Positions 28,401 through 37,399 of a stretch of 64,000 nt of DNA are shown in pieces. The DNA is taken from positions 1-64,000 of IMG/VR virus record IMGVR_UViG_3300035396_000150. The stretch is one strand, 5' to 3'. The notes under the pieces were generated by a model, which did no database searches, was not told the DNA's origin, and was given only the letters and a program-made list of their open reading frames with translations. The stretch's first letter is position 1. Each line of letters starts with the position of its first letter. The stretch comes from an uncultured virus (IMG/VR IMGVR_UViG_3300035396_000150) (Duplodnaviria; Heunggongvirae; Uroviricota; Caudoviricetes; Crassvirales). The translations under genes were made by a program, and so were the position numbers.

Positions 28401-29567
28401 ACTTATTCTACTTGAGTTAAATCTGTATATGCGAGCATCGTATTCAGTGTCAAAGAAATCTTCTTCTATATTACCTATAAATAATCTATTATCTTTAACA
28501 ACCATTGTCTTAGCTTTAAAGAAGTTGGCTTGTATATTAAATTCATTATAATCTACAAATCCGAATGTACTTCCATAATAAGAATCAATAACACTTATTG
28601 TAGTAGCTCCTTTTATACCAATTCTATCTATTATAAGTACTTCAGGTGTAGAATTTATACTTGACTTCCATAATCTAGCAATTTCTATATTATCATAATT
28701 ATGGTTGAATGCTATACTTATATCAAACTCTATAGACTTACCTGAATTCATTTCTCCTTCAGTTCCTGTAGTTTGATTCTTTACACTATCAGTTATACTT
28801 ATTATAGGACTCAACTCACTCCACATTGTCTTCCTTCCTACATCATCTATATATCTACAAGAATACTGATATGTTCCGTTCCTTAATACTCCATTACCTA
28901 TTCTAAGATTACCGCTATCAAATGTCAATCTACTTAAGTCTGCATTATAGCTTAAAGCCATCATTTCTAAATCCTGCTCAAGTAATCCATTAACTCTTGT
29001 ATAACTTGACTGTTCATATACGGGAGCACCTATACCATCAGTAAAATCTTGTGCTATATTTAATTGCCTTATTGTATTTATGTCTGAATTAGTTACAAAC
29101 TTCTCTCCAAAATAGACCTTTATCTTATCAGGGGCTTCATAGTTACCTATTGCATGTATTATCTTATCTTGCGAAAATCCTAAATTCAAGTCTACCAGTT
29201 GTATTCTATAATATCTATTATCCAAATGATTTATAGCTGTGTCATACTTAAGTAAATCTATCCGTGATTCTGTTCCTTCATTATTAGCATAAAATAACAC
29301 TATATCATCTCTCACATTTACAGCACCTACTATCTTCCATTCAGTATGCTCACTCCCAAATGGACTTACATGTTTGAATAGACTCTCATCTCCTCCTAAC
29401 TCTATATGAAGTTCTTTATTTCCTCTTAAATTTGATATAGCATCAAAAGACTCTCCGTCATTATTGACTATATCTCCATTCTCCATATACGTATAGGACT
29501 GGTTGTCCAAATCTAATGGATTACTGTCCCTTACCATTCCCTTAATAAACCTTTGTTTTGTAATCAT
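25401..29567 (-). CDS. Tail stabilization / muzzle protein (P22 gp10-like, crAss-like)
   Basis: 1388 aa. Starts FIKGMVRD; contains KDNRLFIGNI, DEIYSFGIVLFDKYGRQSPV, GDTFV and FIYWIDLNRKKLYRF blocks typical of the crAss tail stabilization protein; synteny fits. Confidence 0.85.
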   Translation of the reverse strand: MITKQRFIKGMVRDSNPLDLDNQSYTYMENGDIVNNDGESFDAISNLRGNKELHIELGGDESLFKHVSPFGSEHTEWKIVGAVNVRDDIVLFYANNEGTESRIDLLKYDTAINHLDNRYYRIQLVDLNLGFSQDKIIHAIGNYEAPDKIKVYFGEKFVTNSDINTIRQLNIAQDFTDGIGAPVYEQSSYTRVNGLLEQDLEMMALSYNADLSRLTFDSGNLRIGNGVLRNGTYQYSCRYIDDVGRKTMWSELSPIISITDSVKNQTTGTEGEMNSGKSIEFDISIAFNHNYDNIEIARLWKSSINSTPEVLIIDRIGIKGATTISVIDSYYGSTFGFVDYNEFNIQANFFKAKTMVVKDNRLFIGNIEEDFFDTEYDARIYRFNSSRISDIYKADGTTLVESLNGALVNWKDTAELIPIDSDIHNKFNDISLDTIGTNAYKYQADGTTLGAQGVNVSVSFDTSYDYNNNDFKLGVIKGFMYDEIYSFGIVLFDKYGRQSPVKYIGDIRMPKYRDIYPSFTYKREYDLCVPYFNVSNLPGEVNNYQIVRVERTVKDRTILTQGVLSSLEDKGTHFQHGWYEPQSPTFESSELFRLHSPEISFFKDLNLKDTYIEQLNDVSYDYLEYGHDIDAFDSGSACFYYSDLKVSGSALFPFRNKIKDFAIAQQKDTVYVDGNTIVPIGTGLDTLGAPVIYYNSTASIIALDTSILAIGKRTLIVNIRRYIIPYGAGSYNKRLNSVYIPASIVYTGNGTVGCRYGDTFVNRYKYFHATWIHIPELEAEYPGGVIDPNNPVSLKIYSAAHIIDTIVESSINLKLRHDDFYSIGNSNIDAIQVQEEGLTLTDSRVLKLGDGRETQHNAIVDISPTYLYNSVYSSINKTKLAIQLPADRLKNYVADTMIRYSEKKISGELYDSWLDFKANNYSTLDANYGSLNYMVRLNDNVFVFQDNAVVALSISPTVQTTTDSGLPVVLGKGDIIHSHQYLSTNVGIQKCNEAVVSVSFIYWIDLNRKKLYRFGEGIQSISDIKGVSSYFKQTLNKNTRFLGVYDNSRTCVMLSIVNDSIGVKYDDNTFTVSVGFEFTYLTGDTTNVIMETGLIYKLNTSSGKEGTYRLTGIYETNLEFEYLYGDEFINADKVYMHKFIDLKNNYTMVFNEPLNLFIGFETFIPDLYLKTPKGFMTSNNANLLYEHNLGEYGEYYGITYPLMFEYVLNPQSSNAYYEAIELINELTTGERKLEGKSNYIGIENRTITEIRGITNTQQSEYIDLFVKNSTAMTETELNTSTGEYEATDNQSFLNYAGSSRVIADTNGVKTDTVYPAYLYNISKDLNQFKTAVPRNKTGLTYTDEGYSKAINELLNGNYCKIRVLYDNSMIGGRFKILDIMTHFEPYTL

Positions 29568-29604
29568 AATTTCCAGAGAAAGATGAATATCACCGAATAC
29601 GACC

Positions 29605-30267
29605 TCATACTACATATCTGTTAAGATTATAGTCATCTACATTTCTACCCCTCATTACTTTATTCACTCCACTACTTATATCATGTAGCTCATTAAGCTC
29701 CCTCATCTCATCCATAGTGGGCATTACAAGTTTGTTCTTAGCTGCTTCTGCATGGAATAGCCAGCCCTGCTCTAAATCCTTGTATACTTGTCCTGCAACG
29801 TTGTTCTTTATCCATTCCCTCTTAGCTAATCTATATATAACATATGATACAACAGCCTCTATTACATACACATTGTCAGGCACTAAGGGTTTATTATCTT
29901 CATCAGTAGGAAATATAAATGCCTCTATATTGACTGCTTTTCCGGTGTAGTTAGTTGTTAGTGTCCGTCCATTCAATATATACTGATACCCATTCAATAC
30001 ATTAGTCTCAAATCTATTTCTTGTTTCAATCATAGCTTCTCCCTCATAAGTATATATAGTTCTTACATCAGATATATTACTTGGAACTATACACATATTA
30101 TTATCTAATTCTATAGATAATGTAGTCCTTCCATATGCCTTTTCAGCACCTATAAAAGATATAGCTTCCCACACCCACTCGTAAACATCTGCTATATTAT
30201 ATTTAAACGTATCTGGCTTATCCCTGTTTATCTTCTCTAAGATACGAGAAATTTCTACGTAGTTCAT
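29605..30267 (-). CDS. Tail tubular / ring protein (P22 gp4-like)
   Basis: 220 aa. EWVWEAISFIG and FPTDEDNKPLVPDN...EAVVSYVIYRL motifs; directly upstream of the muzzle gene. Confidence 0.75.
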   Translation of the reverse strand: MNYVEISRILEKINRDKPDTFKYNIADVYEWVWEAISFIGAEKAYGRTTLSIELDNNMCIVPSNISDVRTIYTYEGEAMIETRNRFETNVLNGYQYILNGRTLTTNYTGKAVNIEAFIFPTDEDNKPLVPDNVYVIEAVVSYVIYRLAKREWIKNNVAGQVYKDLEQGWLFHAEAAKNKLVMPTMDEMRELNELHDISSGVNKVMRGRNVDDYNLNRYVV

Positions 30268-30739
30268 TGAAATTACTTAAGTCATTATTAATTGCTTTAT
30301 CGAATAGCCTCTTAGAAAACTCACCGGACTTCTTAAAGTAATATGAACTCATATTCCTAAATCCGTCCTTCCTCCAACTAAATCTTAATATATGTTCTGT
30401 ATCCATTAACCTGATAGGTCTTGCAAAGGGGTCTGTCTTTTGTACCTCTTTTGTAGCTTCTCTATTCACATAGCAGTTAGTAAATACCTCTCCATTATCT
30501 CTTATTATAAACTCTACTTTTTCTTTCCTTAATGTAAAGTGCCCTAATCTATACTGCATCTTTACATCTACTCCTGTTTCTATCAAGTAGTCTGCTACAT
30601 TTCTGAAGTAACTATTAATTACATCTCTAAATAGGTCTTTAGTATGTTCCTTATTAGATATGTCCCAGCAGTCATCTACATCAAAGGAGCTTCTTATTGT
30701 TGTTGTAATCTTTATACTACGTGTTGTCTCTGTCGTCAT
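30218..30739 (-). CDS. IHF/HU-like DNA-binding protein of crAss-like phages
   Basis: 173 aa. FRDVINSYFRNVADYLIETGVDVKMQYRLGHFTLRK resembles the HU/IHF core; conserved position before the tail tube gene. Confidence 0.65.
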   Translation of the reverse strand: MTTETTRSIKITTTIRSSFDVDDCWDISNKEHTKDLFRDVINSYFRNVADYLIETGVDVKMQYRLGHFTLRKEKVEFIIRDNGEVFTNCYVNREATKEVQKTDPFARPIRLMDTEHILRFSWRKDGFRNMSSYYFKKSGEFSKRLFDKAINNDLSNFNELRRNFSYLREDKQG

Positions 30740-31400
30740 TTACTTCGTTTTCTTTTATTTGATTTAATAACAGATACCTATTATTTCTAATAGCCCCCAA
30801 TATATACTCCCATAGTGTATCATTAATCGGGTAATGGTCTCTATCTACATTATAGGCTGCATTACCATTGCTATCCACGAAGTTAATCAGCTCTAACGGA
30901 TTCTCAAATATAGCATCTATTGTTATATCATTTAGACTTGTAGACACTAAGGAGTCTTCTGTATTCTTTACATATACTCTATCCTTATAATAGGTTGCAT
31001 ACAGTTCATTCTTATTGAACACCCCTTTTCCGGTGTATTCTATCTTCTCTGGAAGTTCAATATTCAATTCCTTACCACCCAATTCAGGTAATCTTAAAGA
31101 CCTTATTAATGGACTTCCCTTCACTTCCATTATACGTGGAAGCTTACTTACTGTAGTTAAATAAGACTGTTTACTATCATAAGTTAGAACCATCCTACCA
31201 CTAACAAGTGTTAGTGGCAGTCCATTGATGGTTTGGTATGCTGAATGTGTTAATGGGTTTCCTTTATTTACTTCATTCTTGATGAATAAAGCACGCTGGG
31301 AGTTAAGCCAGCGTGTTATTATCCTATCATCTATTTCAGCATCTGAATTATCTAACTTTAGAGTGAGTCTTATCTCATCTATATAGTACTTTAATATCAT
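30717..31400 (-). CDS. Tail ring protein (crAss R2-like)
   Basis: 227 aa. IDDRIITRWLNSQRALFIKN...IDAIFENP...YPI pattern of crAss ring proteins. Confidence 0.65.
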   Translation of the reverse strand: MILKYYIDEIRLTLKLDNSDAEIDDRIITRWLNSQRALFIKNEVNKGNPLTHSAYQTINGLPLTLVSGRMVLTYDSKQSYLTTVSKLPRIMEVKGSPLIRSLRLPELGGKELNIELPEKIEYTGKGVFNKNELYATYYKDRVYVKNTEDSLVSTSLNDITIDAIFENPLELINFVDSNGNAAYNVDRDHYPINDTLWEYILGAIRNNRYLLLNQIKENEVNDDRDNT

Positions 31401-31831
31401 TTCTGTTTAAATTGTGCTATTAGTGTTTTTATTCCTAAGTTAAGGTTATCAGTAGACTCAAACCTATCTTCTATACTGTGTACTAATAGAGATATAGAAT
31501 TTGCTACTTTCTCTATTGAATCTGCTACCTTACCAAATGCCTTTGAGTTTTCTGTTATTATATCAAGTAATCTTACTTCAGTAGTTTCTAAGTGTACTAA
31601 AAATTTATCATTTATTTCATTCTTTTCTGCTACTGCTTTGTCCTTATCTGTTACAATCAATTTAATCTGTTCTACATAAGTATTTATAATTACTTGATTC
31701 TGTGTTTTGTATTCTTTTGTTAAATATCTTATTATAGCTATCATTATAACAGCAAATATACCAAGCACCCCATAGTTCAGTAATCCACTGACTATACCAT
31801 CAGTTCCCTGTGTTGCATCTAATATACACAT
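31397..31831 (-). CDS. Holin-like small membrane protein (single TM plus coiled coil)
   Basis: 144 aa. LLNYGVLGIFAVIMIAIIRYL transmembrane segment followed by a heptad-rich region. Confidence 0.5.
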   Translation of the reverse strand: MCILDATQGTDGIVSGLLNYGVLGIFAVIMIAIIRYLTKEYKTQNQVIINTYVEQIKLIVTDKDKAVAEKNEINDKFLVHLETTEVRLLDIITENSKAFGKVADSIEKVANSISLLVHSIEDRFESTDNLNLGIKTLIAQFKQK

Positions 31832-31834
31832 ATT

Positions 31835-33379
31835 CTATCTTGTTGATAATACTAGTAAAGTTCCTGTAGATATTGTAAAACCGATATCCGCAAGTCTATT
31901 TATACCAGAAGCAGTAAATGAATATGTCGTACTTGGGGTAACAGACATACCTAATACAGTTCCTGTAAAGTCATTGCTTGTAGTCAAAGATACACTTCTT
32001 GAACCTGCGTTTATCTGCCCATCAGAACCATAAAGCCCTATAAGAGGTATCTCGTTTGTATAGCTATTAATGTTACTTATACCTGTATTTATATCATCTA
32101 ATTTAAGATTTGCTGCTTCCAGAAGAAGATTTGTATAATCAACTTTTGCACTCAAAGCAGTTAAAGTAGTATCTGTACTAAAATCCTTTGATATTAAGGT
32201 ATTTAGTGATGTGTTCATATCTGATTGAATACTAAGTAGATTAGTATTAATCTCAACTTGCTTTGATTCAGTAGCTCCGTCAGGAGGTAGTAAGGCAGAT
32301 AAAGGACTCACATTAACAGTTTCTCCACTATTTAACTTTGTACTTAAAGCAGTTATTATACTATCTGCCTGCCAGCTCTGAGCTAAATTACCCATTCCGG
32401 TTAATAGACTTTGTGTTTGGTCGTACTCAAATGTACTTGTAGTAGCAGAATAATCAACTACTACATTATTGGATATACTTACAGGTTGTGTATCTGTTAA
32501 AATAGCCTGTTCATTTAATTTAGATAATACAGATACTAAATCACCACTCATCACTCCTATTACTGTATTTAATGTACCAATAGCTGTAAGAATAGAACTT
32601 GATGTAGCTTCTGTACTTGCCAAATCTAACTTAGTATTAGTTAGCTGTACTTCTGTTGTAAGAGCATCAAGGTTTAAATTGATTTGTTGCTCTTCAGCTA
32701 ACTGTAATACTTGTTGTGATTCAGTAGCTGCATTAGCGGCTAACGAGATACTACTTATAGATACAGGTTGTGTTTCAGTTAAATCTGCCTTTAACTGCAA
32801 TTCAGTAAGTAAGTTACCTAAGGCCGTTATAGTATTATCCTGTTTAGATTCTGTAGCAGGAGATGTTATAATCTTTGCTAAAATAGCTGCTGATGTTGCT
32901 TGTGTAGCGAAATCTTTTGATTCTATACTCGATAGTGTTGCTTCTGTAGCAGCTCCTGTAGGCAATGCAATAGAAGCTATTGATACAGGTTGAGTGTCAG
33001 TTAATTTAGCTTGTAATCCAATAGCTGTTTGAATCGAACTTAACCCAGCTTCTATACCATCTGTATTTAATCCAAGTGATGTAAGTAACGTCTCTATATT
33101 ATCTGTATTACTTCCAAGTAGTGTAAGTAAAGATTCCATGCTATCAACATAACCTTCAAGCTGGTCTGTGTAGCCTGATATACTTGTAAGTAATGAATTA
33201 GTATTACTTTGCAATGTTTCTATTAAATTAGTATTGCCATTTATAGCACTTAACTGAGATAGCATTGCAGTACTATTAGTCTCAGTTACAGACATATTAG
33301 GAGCAGATGTAGAGAACCCTGCTATGATAACTTTACAAGCTTCCTTTACTTTTTGAATATCTAAGAATGTCCATTCCAT
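31835..33379 (-). CDS. Repetitive coiled-coil fibre-like virion protein
   Basis: 514 aa, S/T/L/A-rich. Three copies of xAxLTxTQPVS plus repeated ATESKQ and SKDF motifs. Confidence 0.55.
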   Translation of the reverse strand: MEWTFLDIQKVKEACKVIIAGFSTSAPNMSVTETNSTAMLSQLSAINGNTNLIETLQSNTNSLLTSISGYTDQLEGYVDSMESLLTLLGSNTDNIETLLTSLGLNTDGIEAGLSSIQTAIGLQAKLTDTQPVSIASIALPTGAATEATLSSIESKDFATQATSAAILAKIITSPATESKQDNTITALGNLLTELQLKADLTETQPVSISSISLAANAATESQQVLQLAEEQQINLNLDALTTEVQLTNTKLDLASTEATSSSILTAIGTLNTVIGVMSGDLVSVLSKLNEQAILTDTQPVSISNNVVVDYSATTSTFEYDQTQSLLTGMGNLAQSWQADSIITALSTKLNSGETVNVSPLSALLPPDGATESKQVEINTNLLSIQSDMNTSLNTLISKDFSTDTTLTALSAKVDYTNLLLEAANLKLDDINTGISNINSYTNEIPLIGLYGSDGQINAGSRSVSLTTSNDFTGTVLGMSVTPSTTYSFTASGINRLADIGFTISTGTLLVLSTR

Positions 33380-33387
33380 AATTTTAG

Positions 33388-34566
33388 TTATTTAAATTCA
33401 ATAAAATTAACTAACACACTTGTGGACTGCGTAGCAGATAACGACAAATATATAAAATTGTAAATAGGATTATCCCCGCTGATACTTATAGGTAAAAATT
33501 TACCTATATACTCTGTCTTATGTTCTATTGGAGAACCGCTGTTAAACTCAAATGCACTTATAATTGTCCCCAAGTTGGCTTCTGTTATAGTAGTACCAGT
33601 CAAATTATTACTTTCTTCTATTATACTATCAGGTACAGGCACCATAGTCGGACTTATATTGGCACCTTTACATATAAGTAATATGCCTGCATCTGAAGTA
33701 GTAGTTCCTGTCATACCTATTCTTTCTATAATAGCACAGCCTCCCCTTGTATATTCTTCTGCTATCTTAACAGACTTTAAATGATAGTAAGTTCCTACTA
33801 TATTAGTATTTACTTGGGACTTCATATAAACAGGAACAGAAAGCCCTGCCCAGCTATCTACTTGTTTAGTAGCCACCATAGAACATATATACTTACAACT
33901 ACCTGCACCTGAAGTACTTAATATAGCCATTGTTATAGGCTTATTAGGTCTTTTAATAAACTGACCTGCCAGACCTACCTGTGTATTCTTTATTAGTTCC
34001 TTGACTCCAACAGAGCTTAAAAACATATAAGGCTCTAATAAAGCACCTCCTAACCAAAGGAATATATAAGATAATACAGCAAACTTTTCCCAATCTGTAT
34101 AAGCTGTTATATCTTCTTCAAATCCTTTTGTACCATCATGGTACGTCCTTAAGTACACTTTAGTATCATCTGTCTCTATCAATATACCATCTTTCTTGGC
34201 AAAATCCACACCGACAGACTGCATATCCCAATAACCAAACATCTTAATCTTACCTGTCTCAGGGTGCATTAACTCTGATGTTATGTCGAATATTTGTCTA
34301 TTACCTTCAAAGTAAGGGTTGTTATAGGACTGTTGTAATATAGCATAATCTCCAGCAGTAGCTACTGACAGCACATATCTCTCTTCAGAAGTGTTGTATA
34401 CTACAGTTCCTGTACCATTAGTAAACTTATTAAATTTCTTTAATGGTTCTCTTAATGTAGTACCTCCACCAAATATAGTTCTGAAGTCTTTGTAATTATC
34501 TTGGAAACTATCTATCTTTATAGTGTTTCCAGCAGGGTCTAATTTTAAATTATTATATGTTACCAT
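33388..34566 (-). CDS. Hypothetical beta-rich virion/tail-associated protein
   Basis: The ORF track starts at 34611. The more likely start is ATG 34566, which overlaps the upstream TAA (TAATG) and gives MVTYNNLKLD. Confidence 0.5.
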   Translation of the reverse strand: MVTYNNLKLDPAGNTIKIDSFQDNYKDFRTIFGGGTTLREPLKKFNKFTNGTGTVVYNTSEERYVLSVATAGDYAILQQSYNNPYFEGNRQIFDITSELMHPETGKIKMFGYWDMQSVGVDFAKKDGILIETDDTKVYLRTYHDGTKGFEEDITAYTDWEKFAVLSYIFLWLGGALLEPYMFLSSVGVKELIKNTQVGLAGQFIKRPNKPITMAILSTSGAGSCKYICSMVATKQVDSWAGLSVPVYMKSQVNTNIVGTYYHLKSVKIAEEYTRGGCAIIERIGMTGTTTSDAGILLICKGANISPTMVPVPDSIIEESNNLTGTTITEANLGTIISAFEFNSGSPIEHKTEYIGKFLPISISGDNPIYNFIYLSLSATQSTSVLVNFIEFK

Positions 34567-34949
34567 TACATTTGAATTATAGTTATGTCTTCTTCTAATA
34601 TACCTAAACAAGTCTTTAGGTGATCTTTGTATTCTCTATTAAAAAATAGAGACAACTCTGCTAAATTTGCTGATACAATAGGCTTTAAGACAGGTATTAA
34701 TACAATATTACCCCTATCAAGACTATCAACAGTAATAGTATTAGCTTCTATGCCTTTTTTACCTTCTGCTATTTTTTCATCCCATTTGCTTTTTAAGTAA
34801 GCTCGATAATCATAAAAGAATCTTAAACAAGGAATTGAATCCAATGTTTCAACCTCTCCTTCTCTACTATCTTGCATTGTTCTTACATACACTTCTTCTG
34901 GTATTAATACATCAGAAGTTTTAATTTTATTTGCTGCTATTTTTATCAT
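34566..34949 (-). CDS. Hypothetical protein (possible tail fibre chaperone)
   Basis: 127 aa ORF immediately downstream of the tail fibre gene; function inferred from position only. Confidence 0.4.
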   Translation of the reverse strand: MIKIAANKIKTSDVLIPEEVYVRTMQDSREGEVETLDSIPCLRFFYDYRAYLKSKWDEKIAEGKKGIEANTITVDSLDRGNIVLIPVLKPIVSANLAELSLFFNREYKDHLKTCLGILEEDITIIQM

Positions 34950-34967
34950 TGTGTTGTATTTATTTTA

Positions 34968-36920
34968 TTAATATAAAGGATTCCATATATTACCGTTAAA
35001 TCCTTCGTGTTTATTGGTAGTAGTATTGTAAATAATATCCCCCGCAACACCTGTTAAAGCGTCTCTTGTTGCTGTAGATATACCATCTAATTTAAGCATA
35101 TTACCTCTAACTCTAATATTACCTTGTACGTCTAATTTCTCTGTTGGTTCGTGGCTTCCAAAAGCAGATTCACCAAACCGATTTATAGTAAATTTTCTTC
35201 CAACAGAACTATTTAATTCTAAATAATAATCTGTTCCTGTTGTTCCCGTAAAAGGAGAACTTAATGTCAAAGATGTATTACTATTTACACTAAGAACTGT
35301 AAGTATGTGTGTTTCTGTTGGTGTGTTTGGGTTTCCTTTTTTAAAAGTTATAGTATCACCTGCTCTAACTTCACTTAATAAAACAGCGGTTCCTCCTATT
35401 ATTGTAACGGAACTACTGCCGTTAGTTAATGTGTATGTTGCTTCGGCAATACCTGGTCCATAAAGGCTGTATGTCGTAACAGGATTATAAATAGAAAATA
35501 GATTTTCAACCATAGTAAATGCGGCTGGAGCATTTATTGTTGTACTACCATTGAATAAATGTTCAATGCCAAGATTAATAGATGCTCTTAAATTATCAGG
35601 TTTAGAATATGTATTATGCCTTGCAGAATTGCCAGCCCCTACTATTCCTATTTTAGCATTAACAGTTTGCAAATAAAAATCAAATCCTGTGGCGTTTAAT
35701 CTTGATTGACCATAACCATCATTATGAAAATATAATCCGTTACCCCATAAAATAACAGGAGTAACAATATCATTAGTTCCAAAATTATAACCTATGCCTG
35801 CGGGTGTAAGAGCAAATACACGACCATTACCAACGCCGTCAGCAGTAAAATTCAATGTTCTTCCTACATTAAAACTTAATAATGAAGTGCCATAAGAAAA
35901 AAAACTTCCACCCGAAGAAAGTATTTGAAACTTTGTGCCTGTTGTAAGCCCTGTTTTAATTGTAACTATATCTGGGTCAGTTCCATCATACTGTGTGTCT
36001 ACAAACGTGTCGCCGTCTGTATCTTGTATTCTTGTTGTTGAAGGGGTTACCCAATTATACACGCCACTTCCATTTGTACTTAATACACTACCCGATGCTC
36101 CTCCTGTTGGTATATGCTTATTTCCATCTGTATCTAAATGTGTGAGTACTCCTAAACTTAATTGTAATGGAGAAGAAGCACTTAATATACTTGATATACT
36201 CTTATTTGTTATATTATCCCAATGAATTGAAGATTGTCCGGATGTACTCAATTCTGTTTCTGTATAATATCTATCATCATGTGTATGTACTATTGGGGCA
36301 TATACTAAATTCAACTTATCTATGGAATATGTTCTATTTAATGCTGTAAGTAAGCTATCATCTATAACTGCCGCTACTGCATCTGCATCTGTATAAGGCA
36401 ATACAGGATTTACCCACTCTACCATCCCTCCATGACTTGACAGTATCTGTCCGTCTTGTCCTGCCGGCAATGCCTCAAATAAATCTATTTGTCTATTAAG
36501 CGGATACCATGATGTAGCATTATAAGGGTCTTTCCAAAATCTAAAGAATCTTATAGAAGGACTTGTATGAGGCACTTGCACATATTTACTATCTGCAAAC
36601 TGTACTACAGGACTTAATCCATCGTTTCCCTTAACTCCAACTCCGATGTCTCCTTTATCTCCCTTATCTCCCTTGTCTCCTTTATTTAATGTAGTAACTA
36701 ATTTCATTGGACTTGTCCATGCATCCCTTTCTCCTACTTTCATCTTCATCCACACATGATATAATTCCATCTCTCCTTTTACACTACTTTCTTTTACAGG
36801 TATAAAGTTACCTGACCATTTAAATCCAGCATGATCATGTGGGGGATACAGTCCTGTAGTAAAGTCCCACTCTATATCAGGACTATACAGTATTTGTACT
36901 GACTCTCTTATATCTCTCAT
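34968..36920 (-). CDS. Tail fibre / receptor-binding protein
   Basis: 650 aa. Collagen-like GDKGDKGDKGD; HTHDDRYYTETE fibre motif; GQILSS/GSVLSTNGSG repeats; PTEKLDVQGNIR and GDIIYNTTTNKHEGFNG C-terminal fibre motifs. Confidence 0.75.
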   Translation of the reverse strand: MRDIRESVQILYSPDIEWDFTTGLYPPHDHAGFKWSGNFIPVKESSVKGEMELYHVWMKMKVGERDAWTSPMKLVTTLNKGDKGDKGDKGDIGVGVKGNDGLSPVVQFADSKYVQVPHTSPSIRFFRFWKDPYNATSWYPLNRQIDLFEALPAGQDGQILSSHGGMVEWVNPVLPYTDADAVAAVIDDSLLTALNRTYSIDKLNLVYAPIVHTHDDRYYTETELSTSGQSSIHWDNITNKSISSILSASSPLQLSLGVLTHLDTDGNKHIPTGGASGSVLSTNGSGVYNWVTPSTTRIQDTDGDTFVDTQYDGTDPDIVTIKTGLTTGTKFQILSSGGSFFSYGTSLLSFNVGRTLNFTADGVGNGRVFALTPAGIGYNFGTNDIVTPVILWGNGLYFHNDGYGQSRLNATGFDFYLQTVNAKIGIVGAGNSARHNTYSKPDNLRASINLGIEHLFNGSTTINAPAAFTMVENLFSIYNPVTTYSLYGPGIAEATYTLTNGSSSVTIIGGTAVLLSEVRAGDTITFKKGNPNTPTETHILTVLSVNSNTSLTLSSPFTGTTGTDYYLELNSSVGRKFTINRFGESAFGSHEPTEKLDVQGNIRVRGNMLKLDGISTATRDALTGVAGDIIYNTTTNKHEGFNGNIWNPLY

Positions 36921-37399
36921 TATTCAAATTTGATTGTTTTCCATCCATTCCTTGTCAATGTTCTTATTCTGTCCCCATCACTATATACAGCACCTATCTT
37001 ATCTACAACAAGTTCTATCTTATTATCTGATAATATATTTATAGGAGTTACTAATACAAGAAAATCCTGTATACTAATTAATGGGTTACTATCTAACTTA
37101 GCTTCTATTTTATCAATTTTACTAATTAACTCATTGTTGTTTGTTAATAAATTATTTAAACTATCCGATAATACAATTAAGTCTTGTCTATTAGATGAGG
37201 TACTGCTACTAAATTTAATATCTAATGTATCAATAGCATTAACTAATTCACTATTATTTATTAATAGTTCCTTTAAATTCTCTACACTTATTTTATATTT
37301 AGTCCCATTCAAATCGAAAACAAGGAATGATAAATCATTCCTCGTAACATCGACTTCATTAAATAAGTGTGCTTGTGGTTGTAATTTACTATTATCCAT
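36920..37399 (-). CDS. Hypothetical tail-associated protein
   Basis: ~159 aa. Likely start is ATG 37399, overlapping the upstream stop; short coiled coil. Confidence 0.45.
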   Translation of the reverse strand: MDNSKLQPQAHLFNEVDVTRNDLSFLVFDLNGTKYKISVENLKELLINNSELVNAIDTLDIKFSSSTSSNRQDLIVLSDSLNNLLTNNNELISKIDKIEAKLDSNPLISIQDFLVLVTPINILSDNKIELVVDKIGAVYSDGDRIRTLTRNGWKTIKFE

